A stretch of DNA of 64,000 bases from Alloascoidea hylecoeti (taxonomy: Eukaryota). Of the stretch, positions 34,858 to 50,100 are shown in pieces (the first letter of the stretch is position 1; every line of letters starts with the position of its first letter). The stretch covers positions 521,621-585,620 of the forward strand of contig BCKZ01000013.1 of NCBI GenBank assembly GCA_001600815.1, read 5' to 3'. The translations under genes and the position numbers were made by a program. The notes under the pieces were generated by a model that was not told the DNA's origin, searched no databases, and saw only the letters and a list, made by a program, of their open reading frames with translations.

Positions 34858-37800
34858 GCTTAATGCCCATAATTCATTAATATAATCTGATGTTCATGAT
34901 TACGTTCTGTTTCATAATCGTTTTTGATTTTGTTGACATATCATATGATTTCAAATTTTCAATTGGTTACGAGGAAATTGATTGCAATTGGGTGTAAATC
35001 GATGTAATTGATAGATCATGATTAGATTATAGATCAATGGTCATCACAACAACTGTTTAATGATATTATTATATATTTAAAACAATAACGTGGTATGTAA
35101 CATGTTATATGATCCTATACTTCAATTGAACAATTTGAACAATTTACACCTGTAAACACAATTGCAACTGTATGAAGTTTGTTTTTCTATGAACCTCCAA
35201 TTGCAAATTTTGAACAGATAAATACAAAAATAATAGTCGTGCGATCCATGTCTATTTTAATATAAGGCTTACATTATCTGATTACATGAATCACCTTAAT
35301 TCTATTGTTATGCTTACTTTAATGTATATAGAATAGGTTCATTAATAACAAAGAAGAATGACTATGCAATTCTAATTAGATATGATATAAACATTGTGAA
35401 GGGTCTTTTCCGATAATTTATATAATTACCTTATATGCCCAAGAAAGAATGGGACAATTTCAAGAAGCGGTCATTGCTATAATACTATTTTGTTCCTGAA
35501 ATAACATTTTCATCTTTTAAGATCATAAGTTTCATAAATATATATCATCAATTCCATGATCATTTTCTAAAAATTTAATGATTTATAATAAAGTATTTAT
35601 ATACTGATCAAAATTATTGAATGAATGAGGGATTTTTTAACATTTTTACTTTAAATCTCTATTCCACACTTGAAATTTAATTTCGAACATACCGGTCCGA
35701 ACTTCACAACTGAATTAAGGTTTTAGGTAAAAAAAAAAGTCTCTGTTGTTCAATTGCTACTACAAAATGTCAATTTATAAAACAAGCCAACATATATTTA
35801 TCGATCCAAAAGTTAAGACGTTTCAAATAATAGTTGTAGATATACTTCATATACTAAATTGAAATTTATATATAACACTCCAAAAAGTTTCATTTTATTA
35901 TGTATGATTTTATTTATACCCTGTGGTGGATCCTTTTTCTTTCTCACCCCATTCAACATTTTTCTAATTAAGTAATCAAGCACCAATTGAAAATTTGCAA
36001 ACTTTATTACTTTATTTTTGTTTTGTTTACTTTTCTATTTCGCTCTTTTGATATTTAGAATTTTAAAGTTTATCAAACCGTTTTGTGTTTTTTTTTTTTT
36101 TTTAAATTTTATTTTTTTGACGTCTAAACTATAAATTTATATTAAAATAAAAAAATATTATTTTACAAGTAACTAAATCTTTTTTCTTCTCTAGTTTTCT
36201 CCTATCATGTTTAAAATGTTATGATAAGCAATTTTTAAAGAAAAAAGCAATTTTTAATTTCTTAATTTTTTACTTTTTGATTATCGGATTTAAAAATTAA
36301 AAACTAGTTTAAATTAACACTATTATAGATAACATATCAACACTCTTATAGATAACATACCAACACCATATCAACTATCAACTAGAGCTTTATCAGCTAT
36401 AAACGTCTATAGTGGATAGTGGATAGTGAACTGAACAATTTAAAGATGTGCGTGCAATATCGTAAGCTTATTCATTTACGTATACGGTTATATCAACCAT
36501 TACAAGGCATTTATATCGATATGGTACAGGATGTCATAATAGCTAGTTAGGTTGTAGATGTGAACAGATCAGCAGTTGCATTAACTACAATGGACAAGGA
36601 AACCTTTAATTACATGTATAAAGCAATCTAAACATAAATAACTGATGATCTAATCATGAATTTTCTCTGAAGCAATTTATAATAGCATACAACAACGTTA
36701 ATGTTATAATTAATTACATTACCATGGCCAGGAATTTCTGGAATTGTAAATCTTCTCTGTTATGATATTAGCTAATTATAATCGAACGATTAATATTTCA
36801 ATTTTTAACACCTTTAAATTTTAAGTTCATCGTGATCGAGATGGTGTAACAACAGACATGTCTTAGCATATAATTAATAATGAAGCTTCAATGTTTCTAT
36901 TAATGCTGCAATTAACAATCGATTAAGTAATTAATTATAAGGATTGTCTTAATGTTTAAATGTTTTGTTAAACATTTTTTACATACACTTAAAATAAAGA
37001 TCAAATATATTATAATTACGGTGTGGTAACACTGTGGTAACACTGTGGTTGTTACTACATGTGAATTATAACAGTTTTTTTTATTCTATTTAATGGTTTA
37101 AATTTTTTTCACTTATTATCATATATTTTTATGATTATGGGATAATAATTAATCTAACACATGCTTTCAATCTTTAAATAATAAATTTAATAATAATTAA
37201 AGGATTCGAAGAAAAATTCAAAGTGGAGGATAAACAAAGTATGGATGGATCCAGTAGAGATCAGGTACCCGCATACAACATATCTGCGGTACCGACGCAC
37301 GCTTACTTCAATTCAATTATTATATTATTTGTTCATATTCAGCATTATAGGAAATTTAAAGATATCTCTCAAACTCCGCAGAATTAAATATATCACTCAT
37401 ATCTCATTTTACTACCGATTATCTAATAACTGTCCTAGTGGAGTATTTTTGGGTATATCGGTAGTATCGATGGTGAAAAATATAATGACAAACTAAAGAC
37501 TATTTATTAATAATGAGCTATTAAATATTAATATTATATAAATAAAAAAAGAAGTTTTATCCCGTAAGATTATAAATAATTATATATTTTTCCAATTGAT
37601 CCTCGGATTCTTGGCATCCAAGAATGTGGGGAAGATAATTTTTTTTTTTTTTTTGTCGATTCTAAACTAGTTATTTATCTAGTTTTGTTTGTTTTGACAG
37701 CGGCTATTCTTTTTTGAATCTTTGCAAGAATTGATCATCGGTTGAACGTTAAAAGTTATTAGAAGACAAAGCTGTAAAACCATCAACTCTATTGGCTGGA

Positions 37801-39114
37801 ATAATCTTCCTAAACGTTAACAGTTTTTTATCGGAATTTCAAGTATTAAAATATATGGATGCTTATTACCTCGTGTTCAAAAACTACATCATTAATTTCG
37901 AATTCTGTAATTCTTCAAAATATTAATTGACGTAATGTGTCATACTTATTAGCCAGCCTACAAAGTCTAGCTAGTATTCAATGTTACAAGCAACTTCTTA
38001 TTGGTTAGATAAGCAAAGCGGTCTCAAGTCTTAACTTTAGTTCTTTTGAAAATAGCTTGTGTGTTAGTAATATATTACATTATATTGTTCTAATTAAATT
38101 ATAAGGCGACGTTCTCACTAGCTAGAATTCTAGTACGTAATATATTTATTTGGTTATAACCTAGCTTTTGATCATAATTACATCTAAAAATCTTTAATTT
38201 GGCAATTTGGTGTCTTTTTTTTTTCAAACTGCTTCTTCAAATAATTTGTGGTAAGTCAACCCATGCATTTCAGATGAGCTTGTTTTAACTTGCACAGGAC
38301 TGATATTGTAGAATCTATAGCTAGCGCTACGGTCATTCTATTGCAATGAGATAGCTAGCTTAATAAAAGGTCACAATTGGTCATGATCATATGTTACACC
38401 AAGATCATAATTAACTCCATCTACTATAACTGATCAATATATATATAATCATCAATCTTACTGGATATTGATAACTAGTATTAATATAAATTTCCAATTT
38501 TCTATCCGCCTGTCTTTTTAAATTTAATCCCACACGTTATAATTATATATTTGCAATGATAACCAATAGACAGGATTCAATGATAATATGACACCTGTTC
38601 ACGTCTAGATTAATGATGATCATATGCTTTCTTAACAATTTTTTTTAAATTTGTTGTTTTAACTATGTTTACATACAACAACATGTTATTATGACTCTTT
38701 AAATTTCTTTTTCATTCTGCAGCTAGTTATAAAGTCTTAAGCTTGAGCCGCAACCACCGGGAATCCGCATTCTTGATCCCTAGTCAATTTTAGGATCCCG
38801 ATATCTCCCAGCTTATATACACCTAAAGAATAAAGGCATCCATCAAGTCTCACATTTGAAGTATTTCCCTTTTTCGGTCATTTATACCGGTAATTAAATA
38901 TGAGATAAATCTTGATTACTATATCTATTCAATTGTAGCCAACAGTCAAATGTATAACATTTATTAGATCTAGCAATATAAATTCCCCTGTAAGGTATAT
39001 ATAGTTATAGATGCACCTTAAGATCAATATAATATACCCTATTAGCGCTAGCTAAAACATCTTAATTTTTGATACAAAATTTACCATTACAAAGACCTCC
39101 TTAATATCCCTTCT

Positions 39115-39490
39115 GAAAAAATATGGATACGAAAGAGTTTCGGCCCGTAAAAGGGCCTCTTCTAAATGAGAAGAACCAGAATAGTACATAAAGATATGGT
39201 ATTAAGATAGGTTGCAGTGGTCTCAGGAAGTTTGAAATGGTGTTGCATTTAATGACTAATAAATCGGCCACTACAGGATCTGGAATCTGGATTCAGAAAA
39301 TTATATGTTAGACAGTATTCGGGCTTAGACTCTTCACCTCAAAATATTTATAATATAAGGAAGCCTAAGTCTGTGAGTACTAAGTAGGTATCATGGTCTG
39401 AAATTTGGAATGATGTTCGTACTTTACTGCTCAGAGATCCTGACACTCCATGCTTCGTACTAAAGCTACTAAACTTAAAATGTCATTTTA
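39115..39490 (+). repeat. Dispersed repeat family, copy 2 (similar to 19650-19975)
   Basis: aaaatatggatacg...gggcctcttc, ctcaggaagttt, gtctgtgagtacta, gatcctgacactccatgcttcgta and tactaaacttaaaatgtcatt, colinear with copy 1. Confidence 0.7.
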
Positions 39491-41419
39491 TATAGATAAA
39501 TAAAATATATAGAATTTAAAAAACATTATGTACCATTTTAAGAGCATTTTAAGGCCTTGTGGAGTACGCAGTACTCAATACCTGATTAATATTGTGGTTA
39601 TAATATTGCCATTTTTATTTAGAATGTTGCAACTTTAGACTTGGCCATTGCAGAGTGGTTGGCCATCCAAAAATAAAACAATCGCCAACATCACCAAAAG
39701 TTCACTGGATATTCTGTATAGACAAACTATCTGCCCTAATCCTTTCACCTGACATATTTGTATCCGTTTTTCTGTTTTAAGCCCAAAGTTGGAGGGTTTC
39801 TTCTTCTTTTATTTTGCACAACGCACGATAACAATGCAACCACTATACCACAAAGTAAAACTTAAATTGATAAATATAGGGGAATAAATAGCTAAGTCGC
39901 CTTAACTTGTCATCCAACTAAATGTAAAGAAAATAAAGGGAATTTTCTTGGTCTTAATGAAAAATGATACCTACTTCCAAAAAAAATGTCAAGAATTGTT
40001 AACATAAATTGGGGTTTGTTTTTTAAATGTGTTATAACGTTTGACTTTATATATAAATTATAAATTCCAGTTTCAGACCTCAAATATCGAACATCAATTA
40101 CATCAACATTGATATACCTCGTCAATATTAATATTATGTATTAATAGTATATATTGAGTCAATTCTGGTAAGTAATTCTCATTATTTTCCATAATTATCA
40201 TATAGCTTAAACATAAAGTCGTAAAACAAATCAATTAATATTAATCACATTTAAGTATATCCTATATGAATTATTTTAATCAAATATATCCTTTTAGGTA
40301 TTATTTTCATATATGATTATAATTCAATTTTGATGATTAGCTCAAGCTCAAACTATGTTGATGATTTATATTTTTGTTTATCATATGGTGCGTGCCACTC
40401 AAAATGAGCAACTTTTTTCTGGAGCGAAATTTTGGTCTCTAGAAAAGTATGCATGCAATTGTACATACTACGATATGAGGAAATATAATAGCATACATTT
40501 GTATGCCCTCATCTAAGTAAAGTAGATTATATTGCAGCTATGCATGTGAATTACATGATCGTATCCAAATATGTCCTTATTTTTGTATGACCGTGAAATA
40601 TGGAGGCCTGCATAGTTAAGAAATAGGGACAAAATATTTGACAGAGAAGAGAAAATATTAATTTGAAAATAAAGAGGTTTATATATATTTTCCATTTATT
40701 GACCTTCTGTTTCCTTTAATATAAATAATTGAAGTGGTTTTGATGGTGTGGTCACATTTCCTGGGAAGATCGTTAAAATATTTACTAAAATTTGTTCATT
40801 TTAAGTGGCGTGCGCAGTTTAGGCCGTAGTAATTACATTTATAAAGTGTTTCCAGTTATTTTAGGCACCTAGATAGAAAGGGTATATGTATTACATAACA
40901 TGTAACGAGATATATTTGTCAATAATTTGTTTCTGCCTTAACGAAAGATTTCTATCCACATACCGAAAACAACCGGAAATATTTTAAATGATAATGATAA
41001 TTATTCTTAAAATTTTATATTTTCTCAAACATGTGAAAATTTCCTTTATAATTATAAGTTATATCTTATTTATACTGACGCTTTGATTATGATACCAGTT
41101 GCAATTGAACTACCAAATAATTAAACCCAGTCAGTTCCTATATTATTGTAAATGATGAAAAACAATTTCCCAAGAAGTTTGAGAATTTTTGATATCGGAT
41201 AAACTTACAAATAGTCAATCCGAACTCGAGGCGTGGATCAGTTAGATCCGAACAATCATGAAGAAGATATTTGTTTTGCAATTGATTCCCTCTATTAATT
41301 TTACAGTTTTATATATAAGACCTTATATTGATTATTGAAATTAGTCATTAATAAGCTTAGAAAGCTATATTGTTTTTTCTAATATATTTTATTTGCGTCT
41401 GAATGATTATATTAATATT

Positions 41420-41467
41420 GGTATTAATGAAATCAGGTATTAATGAAATCAGGTATTAATGAAATCA
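41420..41467 (+). repeat. Tandem repeat, 3 x 16 bp (GGTATTAATGAAATCA)
   Basis: Read directly. Confidence 0.9.
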
Positions 41468-44338
41468 TATAGTGTACATGTTTAAAGAAATATTGCAAAT
41501 AAAATTTGATTATAACATTATGATTGTTAATTATAATATCCATAGATATATTCATCGTCAATTTCATTTAAGGTCCATCATTTCCTTATGACCTGAAGCT
41601 TTTATTTCCAAAACTTAAGCTCATTTATATATTTCAACAAATAATACAATTGCAACGTTAACTAATAATTAACAGAACACAATTAACTAATACCACCAAC
41701 TTCAGTTACTTGCTGCTTCAACCCTCCATTCTCATCTAATCTGTATATTAAAAGGAATAAAATTACATTATTTTAAATAACAGTGATATATGTGCAGTCA
41801 CAAGAACGGATCATAGCATCCCAGATAGAAAATCCATACAATTTCCCTTAATTTCGGCCAAGATTAAAAAACTTTATTCATAACTATTTAAGCTAAATAT
41901 TCGACTACATGATGGATTAAATTAACGGGCTATGGGTCAACTATGGTTCTTAACCACAAATATTTTCTAAAATTATAGTATGAGAAAAATTATTAATAAA
42001 CTTGATCTCCAGCTATTAATAAATTATCATGCTGTCTATAGTTATAGTTAGCTATTAATTGTATCTATAAGATAGTTATAATCAAATATAGCTCTATAAC
42101 TTTGGCATAATTAAGTAAATCTACCATCTCACGACAAGACCTATAGATTAAGATCTAGAGCTTACGTCAAGTTTTATAGCTGACTGAAAACTTAATTAAG
42201 GGGTTTCAATATATAATTCCTTAAGTTTGTGAAAACTTTCTTTGTTTTCATGAAAAATGCTTTGAGTTTTCCCAATATAATTCGGTAAGTAATATGTTTT
42301 CTATTAATATTGGATATCTCATACCTCTACCTATACCTAGACTGTATAAATATAGCCTATAGCTTACAGCAGCTGTAAACAACAAATGGTAACAACTAAA
42401 AGTAGAGCCGGTCATAGTTATTTTCCGAAAAAACTAATATGGCATATTTTTTACATAGATACATTAGGTGAAAGAGGAAGTTAAACCGGGCGCTTAAGTA
42501 ATAACATAGGGAATATATACAGTCTCTAGCTTAGTAGCTTTGTGTCTAGTCCAAATATTAACTACCACTTTAACTACCAATTTATTTTGCTGGAAATAAA
42601 CATAATAGGCAGCGAATTAAACTTTAAGTATATTCTAAATTTCCAATTGCTCCATAGTTATTACAAGTAGCTAGATCCTAGTCCCTTATTTAACAGATTG
42701 ATTTTCTATTTTTCCATAGTAATTAACCTTGTAACTTGGAATGTTTATGATATTAACTGAATAAAACTTGAAATTTTGTTCATATTAGTTATATTAATGT
42801 TAATATTATTATTACTGTCAAAAATCTGGATAAAGATTTTGCTACCACGTATGTACACATCATTATTGTAACATTATGAAGTGTTACATAAAGGAATTGA
42901 CAAAATTCAGACAGTAAATGTACAAAATGTTTGATGTAACTTTTACTTTAGAATTACTTTTTAGACTTTGGAGCCGTTGACTAACTAAAAGATTTCTATT
43001 TATAACTTCTATTCTTTATTTATACTAATTTTATAGTGTTCGGAAGAATAAATCAAATCTAAAACACTAATTATATAAGTTTGATGAATATGGTGTTTCA
43101 TAATCAATCGATACTATGAGGTTATAAATAAACGCCCATTAAGCGCCAAGCCACCAAAAAAAATCTTACTTCCAATTGATCATGACAATCTAGCATTCTT
43201 ATAGTCATTTAATTATAAGATTAAAAGTTAAATCATAATCTGATTACAAATATAAAATATTGCGAAGATTCAATTCATAGGAAATTAGGAATGTAGGTTA
43301 CGGCCTTACGAACTAAACCCTGATCTGCTAACCAGTACACACTAGACCAAGCCCTAGAAATACCTATAAATTAATTTATTAAATTGAGCCCACAATATAG
43401 TTTAATTATAAATATAATAATTGTAATTAAAAGTTTAATTGAAGGGTAAATCTACAGACGTAGCCATTTTGGAATTCAGCAATTTATTTGACTTATATAA
43501 CAATATTACCTATATAATGACTAGATATTCACCAAAATGTATAACAGTTACTTATAACCCTTTTTTTCTTGGCCGCTTTTTCAGTTAAAAAGGAGCCAAA
43601 TATCTGGTGTATATAGCCTTATAAGTATTCAAAAGAATGGCCAAACGTTATTGTATGAAATAGAAGCGTCCATAGATAAACCCTTAATTGAATCAATAAG
43701 TTGAGAGCATATATTAGTAGTACTAGATGTCACACAGTGTCATATATCTCTAAATAATGTATCAGTGCTTCTATCTCTTCTAGATCAATACCTTTCAATA
43801 TAACTTTTTATCTATATAAAAACAAATGAATGAAAAATTTGCAAATGTAAGGAAAAAAAAAAAATTTGTAAGAATGAAATTAAATGAATAAATAATTATA
43901 TAATTGATGAATGTTCCTATTTATTTTTTATTTTTATTTTTCAAAAATATAAGAAATGAAATTTTAAATCAATTGCAATGCATATGCTAAATGAAGGATT
44001 AATATATTTTTTAAAATGTTTTTTGAACAATCAACAATAAATTAAATCTAAACAAAAATAGAACAGTTATTATGGGATATTATCCAAATCCAATGTTTAT
44101 CAGTTGAACAAACATTTCCTTTACCAATAATAATGTACGAAGGAAGTGAAAAAGGTGCCAAAATATATAAAAACAAAACAGACCAAACCACTTAAAAAAA
44201 CCGTTTTAAAATTTCTTATGGTGAATACATATAGTCATAGTCAAAAATTGTATATGCAAAAAAAAAAATAGAGGATTTTCTTTTTTTTTTTTCCCTTTCA
44301 GCTTGCAATTGATCATGACCATTTTTGCTAAACTTCAT

Positions 44339-45847
44339 TCAAAAAAAACAAAATATATAGGTAAAAAACAAAGCAGATAAAACAACAAGTGTATTTGGTA
44401 AGTATAGGGCAGAACCCATCGAAGTTGATGTTGAAGCTGCTTTTGAAGAACCAGTACTAGTAGAATTTGTATCATCATCACTTAAAGAAGAATCAGCATT
44501 TTTACCACTTGATAATGTAACTGAATAAATATCATCGTATGCAGATGCTTGTGTTGCACCAGGAACACCATTTGAACCGGAACTTATTGTTGCAATTGAA
44601 GAACTTGTTTGATTTAATTGGGCAGTTGCTAGAGAAATTTCATAATTATCTAAATCATAAACAACATAAGCATTTCTTAAAAATGAATCACCTAAAATAA
44701 TACTTGATGATGAACTACTTAAAATACCCAAAGCACATAAATCATTACCATTATCTGATTTGGCAGCTGAACCATCTTTATGTGTAACAGTTAATAAGAA
44801 ATTTCTTAATGGAACAGAAACAGTTGCACCAGTAAAATTAAAATGAAGATAATTTGTATTACTACTGTTAACACAGTCTAAAGTATAAGCACCAACAGAA
44901 GAAGAATAAGTACCACCGACAGCTTTACCTAAACTAGCAACATAAGTTTCAGGAACATAAGTTAAAGTTGTACCAGAATCCAAAAGAGCAGGTATTTTTT
45001 CAGTTATATGACTAGATGTAGTACCATTAATTGTTGTATTTAAACTACTTAGAGTAATTTGCAATTTAATTGGTTTTGTAGTAGACGAAGAACCAGTAAT
45101 AATTTGAACAGTTTCTAAATTGCCAACATATTTTGCATGATCGACAGCACCAAATAAAATTGAACCAGACGAAGCATCAACTCCATTTAAATATAATGAA
45201 TAAGCTCTTGAATTAATTATTCCAGAACTAACCAAAGCAGCAGGTAAATTTCGATATTTATAAGGATTTATTGTATATTGTGATAAAGCAGTTGTTTCTA
45301 ATTCTTCAAAACCAATACCTAAAACTGGAACGGTTGAATTTGAAATATTTCCAATTGCAAAATAAAAATCATCAATTGTTAATTCATCACCTATTGTTAA
45401 AGTATCCCAACCCCAATCACCTTGAGCGATGGTATTATCTGCATACTTTATATTAAAGTCCGAGTTATTGTATTTATAGGAGGTTGAGGATTCAACATCA
45501 AAAGTACCGTAAAGAGTACAGTCAACTTCACTAGTACAATAAGAATTATCCTTTGACATCACCCACATATCAGCAGATCCAGTATCTAATAAAACAGCCA
45601 TGTTTTGACCGGGTGTACCGAGAGTGATATTAGCCATGTATTGAGTATCTTCATTGTCAAGAGAAAACTCGGCATAATCTAGACTTCTTTTTTTCAAGGA
45701 CTTGTATTTATTTTTGGAGTAAGAAGTAACGGAAGATCTTTTGGCTTCGAAATCAATTTGGAAATGGCCATTGCTTTTGGTTGCGGATACCGAGGATAGT
45801 AAAGGGAAGATGAACAGGAAGAGGTGGAGGGCGTCTTGTACCAGCAT
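44339..45847 (-). CDS. GPI-anchored aspartic protease (yapsin/YPS-like)
   Basis: Signal peptide, KKR processing site, LLDTGSADMWV and LLDSGTTLT catalytic motifs, ILGDSFLRNAYVVYD, S/T-rich stalk and hydrophobic C-terminus. First ATG at 45847. Confidence 0.92.
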   Translation of the reverse strand: MLVQDALHLFLFIFPLLSSVSATKSNGHFQIDFEAKRSSVTSYSKNKYKSLKKRSLDYAEFSLDNEDTQYMANITLGTPGQNMAVLLDTGSADMWVMSKDNSYCTSEVDCTLYGTFDVESSTSYKYNNSDFNIKYADNTIAQGDWGWDTLTIGDELTIDDFYFAIGNISNSTVPVLGIGFEELETTALSQYTINPYKYRNLPAALVSSGIINSRAYSLYLNGVDASSGSILFGAVDHAKYVGNLETVQIITGSSSTTKPIKLQITLSSLNTTINGTTSSHITEKIPALLDSGTTLTYVPETYVASLGKAVGGTYSSSVGAYTLDCVNSSNTNYLHFNFTGATVSVPLRNFLLTVTHKDGSAAKSDNGNDLCALGILSSSSSSIILGDSFLRNAYVVYDLDNYEISLATAQLNQTSSSIATISSGSNGVPGATQASAYDDIYSVTLSSGKNADSSLSDDDTNSTSTGSSKAASTSTSMGSALYLPNTLVVLSALFFTYIFCFF

Positions 45848-47189
45848 GACGTCCTTAAATTTCGTTAATTTGTTGAGTATGGATATATAATTATTAGGGA
45901 TCAATCAGACGCTAGTCAGTCGGTCAGTCAGCGAAGAAAGGAGAGTACTCAAAGAACCGACAAACAAACCCGTGGAGATGGAGACGAGGAAGAAAAAAGA
46001 GGTTTTGGGGGAAACAGAGGAATGGGAAATCTGGGATTATTTATAGCTACTATTTAATTTTCAGCCCCCAATGTGTAATATTAATCTGAAGCAGACCCAC
46101 CTTCACTTCCAAATGTGCGACAAATTTGGTGGGAGCTGCCGAATCCGGACACTTACTTGTGACGCTTTTTTGTATCTGTTTCGCTGGGTTTCAATTTTCT
46201 TTTCCTTTTCCTTTTCTTCTCTTCTTTTTTTATAACTTTCAAACAATATTCGTGATTTTCCCAGTGAAATAACCCGAGGTCATAATTACAAACGTTAATG
46301 TATTTTGAAAGGAGTAGCGACACGCACAGGTGCAGATGCCTCAGAACATGGTACCTGCAGCACGCATTACGACAAAAACAAAATGAAATCTATTAATATA
46401 AGACGGACATCTTCTGGTATATAGTAAAATCCCTTTTTTCCTCCCCACAATCTTAATCAACACAGTCTGTCTGAGGCTGGACTCACTCACATATATTTTT
46501 AATAATCACGGCGTATACTATAATCACTAGATACTGGGTTTTTGCTTCGTAGGCATCGTTTTTACTTCGAAAGTTTAGAACATTTTATGAATTTTGGTTT
46601 TTGTTGTGAACTTTAATTAAAAAGAACACAAAATGAAACAACATTAGTGACTACGAAAATTCAATTAATATCAGGAATGTCAGGAAAATAGAATATTAAC
46701 AATTTAATCAAAAAAACTGACGAACTCTCTTGATTCTTCTCAGTCCAGCTCTTTCTCCAATGGTAATTTGTTGAAGATTAAAGGGTTTCCTTGTATAGAT
46801 ATACATATACATATGCTGAATTCTATTCAAAAATGTACCTAAATAGTTAAAATAAGATTTTCCGATAAAAACAATATAAATGGTATGTCGCCTCAGCTTT
46901 GTATATTTTCACCGGCGCGGGTTTAGGTCTCGCCAAGAAACCCTAACTGAAGTATTCTTATTATTTTATCAAATATATATCTATAATACTCTATATATAG
47001 TTAAATTTATTTTATTTTTTAAATACAACTCATTATAATTAGAAAACAAACATAAAATCTATCATTCTTTTTATCTGATGCCAATTTTTTTTATCTGATG
47101 CCAATAACGTCAGCAACAAGTGTATTTATCTTCTTTATAATCCCTTCACATGGTAAAACAAACTCGCTGGGTTATTTTTAGCTTGTATC

Positions 47190-50100
47190 TCAATAGTATC
47201 CTAAACTATACCCTGCGTACTCAGATACTAAATCATTTAACTCATCACCATAAAATCCATCTGGATCAGACTGACCATTAACTCCCTTATTTTGTCCTTG
47301 AGCATAACCTGCCATTCCCATTGATCCATTATTTGGAACTCCACCATCAACACTCATATACATCATACTATTATTTAAATTTGGGTTATTATTACCATTG
47401 TAATTAATTGGTGATTGTGTAGAATTAGTAGGAATTGCTCCTGACATACTTGAATTGAATAATGGGAAAAGTCCTGTACTTGAAAGTCTACTAAATGGAG
47501 GTGGAGCCATATTTATATTAATATTTTGATCAAAACGTGATACGTTCTTTAATAATGATCCATTACCTTCACTATTTGACTGTGATTGTGTTAATGAATT
47601 ATCATTATTATCATTATTATTATTATCATTATCATTATTATTTACACCAGTAGTATTAATCGGTATACCGCCATTTAAAACATTTGTAATACCTGATTTA
47701 AGAGACATTGATCCTTGAACTTCTTGCCATCGTTTAAACGATTCCTCGACTTTCTCTGTTGATGGTACCATTGCAACTTGAGGTATTAGATCATAAGCAT
47801 GTGGTGGCGTTATATCACTATCACCACTATTCACTACTGATATAACATCATCTTCAAAATCGTCACCGGCTGTAGACGATGTAGCATATGAAATACCAGT
47901 TGTTGAATTTGCAACTGCAGGAGCTGTTGATGAAGTACCCGCTTTTAATGGAGAGCTCATTGCAATTAGACTATTATCATCATCATCATCATTTACCAAA
48001 AAATCAACTTTACATCTTTTTAGATATGTTTCAGTAATTTCTTTACCACCAAGTACTGAATAAACCGCTGAAACCAATTGTTGTTCATCTGCCCTTTCAT
48101 TAGCAGCAACTATTGAATCCTTTCTATCTGAACTAATATTATTATTACCGTTATTATTAGCGGTAGAATTAGCAGTGGCATTATTTTTAGCTCCTTCTTC
48201 CTTTTTAATCTTCTTTTTTTGAAATTCACTACCACGAATCATATATAAATTTCTTAACTTCCTCATTGTTGATAATCCTTGATCCAAAATTGGTAATTTA
48301 ATTGTGAAAACATCACTACTAAAATTTGTTAAATCTTTTAATAACATATTCGTATCATTTATTAAAAAATCAATATCTCTTTGAGGTAATCCTTGTTGAG
48401 ACACTAATAACATTGATTGAATAACACCACAATAAAAAGTTTGATGAACACTTGCCATAAACATATGATCAGTTTTAACATCATAAATTTTTTTTAATTT
48501 TTTATAAACTTGAAACATTGAAATCGCTGAACTTATACAAACATCCCATGCCATTGGTATTTGACCTTCTAAATATAATTGATAAATCCTAAATCGATGT
48601 AAACAAATACATGAATGAATCATATGATGCATAAATCTAAATTTTTTTTTAAAATGTTCAATTTCTTCTGGAGTTTTTGATGGATTTTTATAAATTGATA
48701 AATCTGGTAATTCTCCTTTTTCATCTGATTTCATATACCATGGTAATTTATTAACATAATCACATAGTTCTTTATCTGTTTTAACTAATCCTTTTAAAAC
48801 ATGTAATTTATCCTTTTTTTGTTTTCTTAAATTTGAATTTGTAAGTGATCTTGGTGATTTACCATCATCATCTTCTTGTTCTGATAAATTAGAATTATTA
48901 TCACTTCTATCTTGCCTTAATTCATGTGTTAATTCATAAACTCCATTTAAAATTTGCATAATTCTTGCCCTTATAACATCAATCGAATTATCAGTTGGTA
49001 TATCCATTGGTTTTGGTACTGCATTTGAAGTTTCTGTAATATCTAAATCATCAAGATTACCTGGTAATGGAACTTTTGAAGTATATGATCGAATCATTGG
49101 TGGTCTTCCGAAACTTAGTGCACGGAATGTATCACAACCACATAAATCCCACCATAATCTTCTTTTTAATTCCCTTTCAATCTGATTCCCTTTATTATGA
49201 ACATCAATTTTATGTAAACCTAATGCAAAAGCATGAGAAATACTTTGAGCTAAATATGATGTCAATAATTCAGGTCTTCGTGTAACAGATAAATACATTT
49301 GTGTTTGAGAAAAAGTTTGTAATTGAATTAATTTTGGATTTTCATCAGATTTTGAAGCTCTTAATGCTTCTCTTGAAGCATGAAACCAAGCTTCACATAA
49401 AAGTGTAATATTTCTTGAACAATCTTCCATAGAATTTCCAGCATCAATTTTTCTTGCTAAAGATTGTGGTAAATGAACACAACCTACAGTTAAAACCATT
49501 AATAATAATGAAATCCAAGGTAAATCCATATCATTAAAATTATCCAATTTTTCAAAACTTTCAACTTCTTTATAAAATAAAGGTACATGAATTGTTCTAT
49601 AAATATAATCAACTTGATTGAAATAAACATCTAATATTATTCTACATTTTTTTTTTGATGGTAATAATTGTGAAATGTTTAATTTTAATGTGCTTACAGA
49701 ATCAACTCGATTATAAATATCTTGAGGTGAATATTTAATCAATGCTAATTCTTGTTGTAATTGTTCAATTTGTCTGTTTAATTTAGAAATGGTTTCTTCT
49801 TCTGTAAGGGTTTCATTTTCTTCAGGTTCTGTTTTGGCAATTGGGGATTTGATAACTGATAATTCTGTAGAAATGTTTTGTCTAGGATCATTTAAAGGAA
49901 CTATAGGTTTAATATCTGCTGGTAATCGTTTTACTTGTTGATGCGTATGATGTCTAGGAATTATCTGATATCCTTGAAAATTGATTTGTTCTTGAATAGT
50001 ATTTGTTTTCTTAATTGGTTGTTGTACTTGTAGTTGTACTTGACGATGTAGCTTTTGGGGGATTTGAGAATATACATTTAAATTTGAAGTTGGAATATTA

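Noticed and set aside
42030..42190. RIP-like TpA enrichment
   Set aside because: Cannot be quantified by eye, and RIP is not established in budding yeasts. It may simply reflect AT-rich decay.
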